Positions 59,888 through 64,000 of a DNA stretch of 64,000 nucleotides are shown one piece after another. The stretch is from NCBI GenBank assembly GCA_003171335.1, contig PMYD01000089.1, positions 34,958 to 98,957 on the forward strand. The letters run 5' to 3'. The notes under the pieces were generated by a model that was not told the DNA's origin, searched no databases, and worked only from the letters and a program-made list of their open reading frames with translations. Both the position numbers and the translations under genes were made by a program. The stretch's first letter is position 1, and every line of letters begins with the position of its first letter. Origin of the DNA: Phycisphaerales bacterium (GTDB lineage Bacteria > Planctomycetota > Phycisphaerae > SM23-33 > FEN-1343).

Positions 59888-61177
59888 TCATTCGCCTGAA
59901 AACGCGGTCCCCGCCAGGGCCCCGCTGGCGAAGGCCCAGTGCAGGTTGAAACCGCCGGTCGGGCCGTCCAGATCAAGAATTTCGCCGGCGAAGGCCAGGC
60001 GGCCGATGAGTCTGCTGGCCAGTGTGCGCGGGTCCACTTCCTTCAAGGCCACTCCGCCGGCGGTGACCATGGCGTGCTCAAAACCTTCCGTCCGCGTGAT
60101 GGTCAGCCGCGTCGCCGCCAGTCGCTGCGCCAAGTCATCCTGCACCGGCCGCGGCAGCCGCGCCGCCGGCGTATCGGCCGCCACACCGGCCTGCTCGCAC
60201 AAGGCATCGACCAGCGCCCGCGGCAACTGACGGGCCAGCAGCGTGCGGACTTGACTGGCTCCAGCGCTGACCCGCCACCGCTCCAGGATGGCCGCCGCCG
60301 ACTCCCCCGGCGCGATGCCGGATGAAGCCAGCGGAAGACTCAGCAGAACGGGCACGGGCGAGGCCTTTATCAGCAGCCGCGAGATGCGGCCAGAGAGGTT
60401 CAGCACGGCCGGGCCGGACAGGCCGCGATGCGTGAAAAGAATGTCGCCCCGGCTGGCCGCCTGGCGCTCGTGCGGCAGGTCGATGCGGAGCGTCGCTTCG
60501 GCAACGGACACGCCAGCCAGCTTGGCGGGCCACGTCTCCTGCGTCACCAGCGGCACCAGTGCGGGTACAGGTTCAACGATCGTGTGCCCCGCCTTCCGGG
60601 CCAGCTTCAGCCCGGCGCCCGTGCCGCCCAGGGCCGCATAGCTGCACCCGCCGGCGGCCAGAATGATGCCGTCCGCCGGCCAGTCCTGCCCGTTGGCACG
60701 AATTCCCCGCACCGCCGCCGGTCGATCCGACTCGTGCACAGCCGAGGGCGACTGTGCCACATCTAGAACAAGTTCGTCAACCGCCACCCCGCACCGAATC
60801 TCCACCCCCAGCCGCCGGCACTCGCGAACCAGTGCGGCCGTCACATCGCCGGCCCGCTGCGAGGCAGGGTAGACGTGCAGGCCGTCGGGGCTGACCGTCG
60901 GCACGCCTAATCCGGAGAGAAAATCACATAGTCCCTGCGCATCCATCGCCTCCAGCGCTGCCAGCGCGAATCGCCCCTGCCGGCCGTAAGCCGCTGCCAT
61001 CTCCTTGGCCGCCAGGCGGATCGTCACATTGCCGCGCCCGCCGCCGCACACGGATAGTTTTGCCCCGGGCCGGTCGAGCTGCTCCAGAACCAGGACCTTC
61101 GCCCCGGCGCGCGCGGCAACGATGGCGGCGGTGAGGCCGGCAGGACCGGCTCCTACGATAATGAGGCGCCTTGGCAT
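59888..61177 (-). CDS. HI0933/BaiN/YhiN-family FAD-dependent oxidoreductase (aminoacetone-oxidase-like)
   Basis: LIIVGAGPAGLTAAIVAARAGAKVLVLEQLDRPGAKLSVCGGGRGNVT dinucleotide-binding N-terminus and the family-typical C-terminal GGFNLHWAFASG. Confidence 0.75.
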   Translation of the reverse strand: MPRRLIIVGAGPAGLTAAIVAARAGAKVLVLEQLDRPGAKLSVCGGGRGNVTIRLAAKEMAAAYGRQGRFALAALEAMDAQGLCDFLSGLGVPTVSPDGLHVYPASQRAGDVTAALVRECRRLGVEIRCGVAVDELVLDVAQSPSAVHESDRPAAVRGIRANGQDWPADGIILAAGGCSYAALGGTGAGLKLARKAGHTIVEPVPALVPLVTQETWPAKLAGVSVAEATLRIDLPHERQAASRGDILFTHRGLSGPAVLNLSGRISRLLIKASPVPVLLSLPLASSGIAPGESAAAILERWRVSAGASQVRTLLARQLPRALVDALCEQAGVAADTPAARLPRPVQDDLAQRLAATRLTITRTEGFEHAMVTAGGVALKEVDPRTLASRLIGRLAFAGEILDLDGPTGGFNLHWAFASGALAGTAFSGE

Positions 61178-61209
61178 GGTTTGATCGTCGCCTGTGCCCC
61201 AGAAACAGG

Positions 61210-61247
61210 CAAATTCCAAATTCCAAGATTTGGAATTTGGAATTTCT
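61210..61247. repeat. Compact palindrome of AAATTCC/GGAATTT units in a divergent promoter gap
   Basis: CAAATTCCAAATTCCAAGATTTGGAATTTGGAATTTC. Same motif style as the 22683 and 29328 elements. Confidence 0.6.
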
Positions 61248-61287
61248 TCTTCCCCTTCTGCATAATCCTTCAAAAGGAAGGAAACCC

Positions 61288-62370
61288 ATGCGAATTACCG
61301 AACCTTTTCACGGCGCCGTGCTGAACCACCACGACGGCCAGCAGACGAACGACAGCCTCACCATCGCCGTCCGCGGCGAAGCGCGGCTGAACGATCGCGT
61401 GATGATCAACGGCCAGCCGGCCACCCGCGTAGCGAATGAGTTTTTCGCCTCTGTCGCGCTGCGGCAGAAGGAGACGGACATCGTCGCCATCGCCGACGGC
61501 ACGCAGGGCCGAAGCGAACACCGCATTCGCGTGGTGTGGGACCGGTTCAGCCGCCGGCGCTACCGCGTCTCTATTGACGACAACAGCTACTTCCTGCGCG
61601 ATATCGCCCAAAAGAACTACAAGTCGCTCTTCGACTGCTTCTACCTGAAGATCCTGCGCGATCTGAATGCCAAGTACGGCACGAAGTACACGGTCAACTT
61701 GTTCTTCGAAACGCCCGATGCCGACTTCACGCTGGACACCTTCCCCGACCGGTACAAAGGCGAGTGGGCCGACAACGCCGACTGGCTGCGCCTGACCTTC
61801 CACGCCTGGCGCGAGTTCCCGCCCCGGCCGTACCAGTACGCCAACGCTGAAACACTGCTGCACGATCTGGACGGCGTGGCCCAGGAGATTCACCGCTTCG
61901 CCGGCGAAAAAGCCTGGTGCCCGCCGACGATCATCCACTGGGCGATGGTGCAGCCGGACTGCTTTGGCTCGCTGGCCACGCGCGGCGTGCGGGCCTTGAG
62001 CGCCCTGTCGATAAAGCTTTCCGGCGGCTGGGACCTCAACTACATGCTGGCCGATGCCCAGTGCGACTGGCTCAGCCGCCACGAAGCCCTGCGAGATTTC
62101 GGCTCGGGGATCACCTTCTCCAATTGCGACATCATTCTGAACGCCACGCCCATCGAGCGGGTCGTGCCCACGCTGGAAGCCTCCACGCGCTCGCCCCAGA
62201 CCTCTGACGTGCTGGACCTGCTAACGCACGAGCAGTATTTCTGGCCCTTCTACCACAACTACGTGCCCGATCACGCCCAACGGCTCGACACGGCCTTCGC
62301 TTGGGCGACTGAAAATGGCTACGAGCCCATCTTCTTCCACGAGGGGCTGCTGGGCGGGAAGGATTGGTAG
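61288..62370 (+). CDS. Hypothetical protein (no confident family)
   Basis: Good RBS AGGAAGG and 360 aa with even codon usage. No recognised motifs. Confidence 0.45.
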   Translation: MRITEPFHGAVLNHHDGQQTNDSLTIAVRGEARLNDRVMINGQPATRVANEFFASVALRQKETDIVAIADGTQGRSEHRIRVVWDRFSRRRYRVSIDDNSYFLRDIAQKNYKSLFDCFYLKILRDLNAKYGTKYTVNLFFETPDADFTLDTFPDRYKGEWADNADWLRLTFHAWREFPPRPYQYANAETLLHDLDGVAQEIHRFAGEKAWCPPTIIHWAMVQPDCFGSLATRGVRALSALSIKLSGGWDLNYMLADAQCDWLSRHEALRDFGSGITFSNCDIILNATPIERVVPTLEASTRSPQTSDVLDLLTHEQYFWPFYHNYVPDHAQRLDTAFAWATENGYEPIFFHEGLLGGKDW

Positions 62371-62493
62371 CTGTCGGTCCCTGAAGCCTGAATCACTTAT
62401 ATCGAGATTTCAGCATCCGCCGAGCTGAGCCTTCGCCCACGGGCCATACAAAGGCCATCAACTGAGGAAATTCCTCCATCGCTGATGGCTCGG

Positions 62494-63024
62494 CTATTCA
62501 ATGAGCACGAGTCCAAAGTAATGCTGCACATCCTGGCGGCTGCGAACGACATCGATCGTAAAGCCATGCTTGCGAACCGTGGCGAACACGTCGATGCCGC
62601 AGGCCTCCATGGCAGGACGGGCCTGCTCGGCATGGCGGCAGCCTTTCTCGAAAGCGCACGTCGGGCACAGCATGCACGGGCCGGCGCCCAGGCCGAAGGC
62701 TTTGTAGTAACCTTCCAGGAAAAATTGCTTTTCCAACGCCACGGCGATCTGTTTGGGTTCGCCCCTGCCCGCCTCGAAGAGCACAGCCGTCTTGTACCCA
62801 TCCAGCACCGCCCGCGTCTGGCTGGGCGGCGGAGAATGCGGCGGGCACATCCGACTGGAGCCAAAGCCGTCGCAGCCGAACTGGCATTTCCAGCGAACCC
62901 ATTCGGCCGTCTCGACGGAACGAGGATCAATCACCTTGGCCGCCGCCGCCCCGGCCGCCAGGGCGGCGTCCACAAAGTGGCGGTCGTTGCCAGTCCGCTG
63001 GCCCGATGATCTTTTCGCCGGCAT
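62494..63024 (-). CDS. DUF2284-like predicted metal-binding protein
   Basis: Cys clusters CQFGCDGFGSSRMCP and CMLCPTCAFEKGC. Confidence 0.5.
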   Translation of the reverse strand: MPAKRSSGQRTGNDRHFVDAALAAGAAAAKVIDPRSVETAEWVRWKCQFGCDGFGSSRMCPPHSPPPSQTRAVLDGYKTAVLFEAGRGEPKQIAVALEKQFFLEGYYKAFGLGAGPCMLCPTCAFEKGCRHAEQARPAMEACGIDVFATVRKHGFTIDVVRSRQDVQHYFGLVLIE

Positions 63025-63145
63025 GGAAATGCTCCTTCCCGACCGGTGAGATTCTAACAATTAGCACGGGCGTCTCGCCGCAAGAACGGCCCGTCGGCCG
63101 ACCTGCGGATGGGCGAGACGCCCGCGCCAGGGTACCTCTCTTTGC

Positions 63146-64000
63146 TTAGTGCGACGCTCCGACCAGGCCGCCGCCGCCGGCCGGCGCGGTGATGATGGTC
63201 GTCGTCCCTGTGCCGCGGGCGTCGCCGTAGAGCGTGCTGCCGTACATCTCGTAGTCGGCGCCGGCGCCAGCGCGGAAGTAGAGAACCTGGTTGAAGAAGT
63301 TCAGGATGCGGGTGCCGGTGGTATGCGGCACCCAGAGAATGTCACCCGCGGCCAGTTCCACGTCGGGGGCCTCGCCAGCGATGATCTTCTTCAGGTTCAG
63401 GTCCACGTGAACATCCTGCCCGTCGGTCCGGTGAATCAGCTCGCCCTTGCTGGGGAACAGGTACGGATGAAGGCCGCCGGCGGCCGCAATGGCCTGAAGA
63501 ATGGTCACGCGCGTGCCCGGCGGGTATTCCTGGCGGGCGGGCGCCACGACCAGGCCATAGACGAAGATCGCGTTGGGCCGGGCGCCTTCCACGGTGACGA
63601 TATCGCCATCCTCCAGCGGCTCGAGCATGAGCGCCTGCCGCAGCCCCTCGGGCTCGCGCAGGTCGTACGTCTGCGATCGCCCGCCCTGGCGGATCCGGCG
63701 CAGGTTGACGCGGCCGGAGGCATTGGCCACGGCCGTGACCGACACGGGACTGGTCGGTGCGGCGGCCACGGTCGCGCCCACGCCGCCGGCACTGGGCGTC
63801 GGCCCGCCGGCGCCGGCGATAGCGTGCAGAATGTCGCGGTTGCCGCGCTGCAAGGTCACCAGGCCCGGCGCGCCCACCGTGCCCAGGACGACCACGCTGG
63901 TGTATCTCGGCTCGACCATGCGAACCAGCACCAGGGCCTCGACCATGTAGGTGGGCACGTAGGTCTTGCGAATGGCGGCTTCGGCCTCTTCCAGCGTCAG
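63146..64000 (-). CDS. Polysaccharide export protein (Wza/SLBB-like), N-terminus beyond the window
   Basis: GDILWVP and SLBB-like beta-grasp segments (YDLREPEGLRQALMLEPLEDGDIVTV). The ORF is open to the window edge. Confidence 0.6.
   Translation of the reverse strand: MTLEEAEAAIRKTYVPTYMVEALVLVRMVEPRYTSVVVLGTVGAPGLVTLQRGNRDILHAIAGAGGPTPSAGGVGATVAAAPTSPVSVTAVANASGRVNLRRIRQGGRSQTYDLREPEGLRQALMLEPLEDGDIVTVEGARPNAIFVYGLVVAPARQEYPPGTRVTILQAIAAAGGLHPYLFPSKGELIHRTDGQDVHVDLNLKKIIAGEAPDVELAAGDILWVPHTTGTRILNFFNQVLYFRAGAGADYEMYGSTLYGDARGTGTTTIITAPAGGGGLVGASH

Overview
High-GC (about 65-70%) bacterial chromosomal segment whose protein content looks Planctomycetota-like; this taxonomic reading comes from composition and domain architecture, not from any search.

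Genes recognised from conserved motifs:
- Translation and DNA housekeeping: valS, hisS, rpsA, ligA, mltA.
- Cofactor and amino-acid biosynthesis: a cobA-hemD fusion, a folB-folK-folE operon preceded by an SDR reductase, leuA, a cimA-like synthase, and a class I/II aminotransferase.
- Others: an ABC exporter, two PAS-rich sensor kinases, a GH130 / PMT-like glycosyltransferase / beta-propeller glycosidase trio, a single tRNA-Gln(CTG), and three consecutive giant secreted proteins carrying Ig-like repeats and C-terminal dockerin repeats.

Unusual content:
1. A roughly 440-bp array of about a dozen perfect short palindromes, all centred on AATT, lies between yhbY and a tiny hydrophobic ORF.
2. Palindromic AT-rich elements built from 7-8-nt periodic units (CCAAATT / GGATTTG / GTCAATT) occur in at least five intergenic gaps. 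A related tract sits in frame inside valS, which also carries a second, low-GC insertion.
3. A divergent radical-SAM/SPASM maturase and Tyr/Gly/Cys-tailed lipoprotein pair sits next to two translationally coupled proteins that share an unusual zinc-ribbon, interleaved with low-GC (probably acquired) segments.
4. An IS nest holds an intact IS630-family element with a frameshift site and TA duplications, a 100-bp derived MITE inside a decayed IS481-like transposase, and an IS4-like fragment. The nest plus rpsA is bracketed by an 78-bp inverted repeat pair.
5. A 1.3-kb structured, ORF-free, lower-GC region follows the GH130 gene.

Many long ORFs in the six-frame track are antisense artefacts of the high GC content and were rejected.
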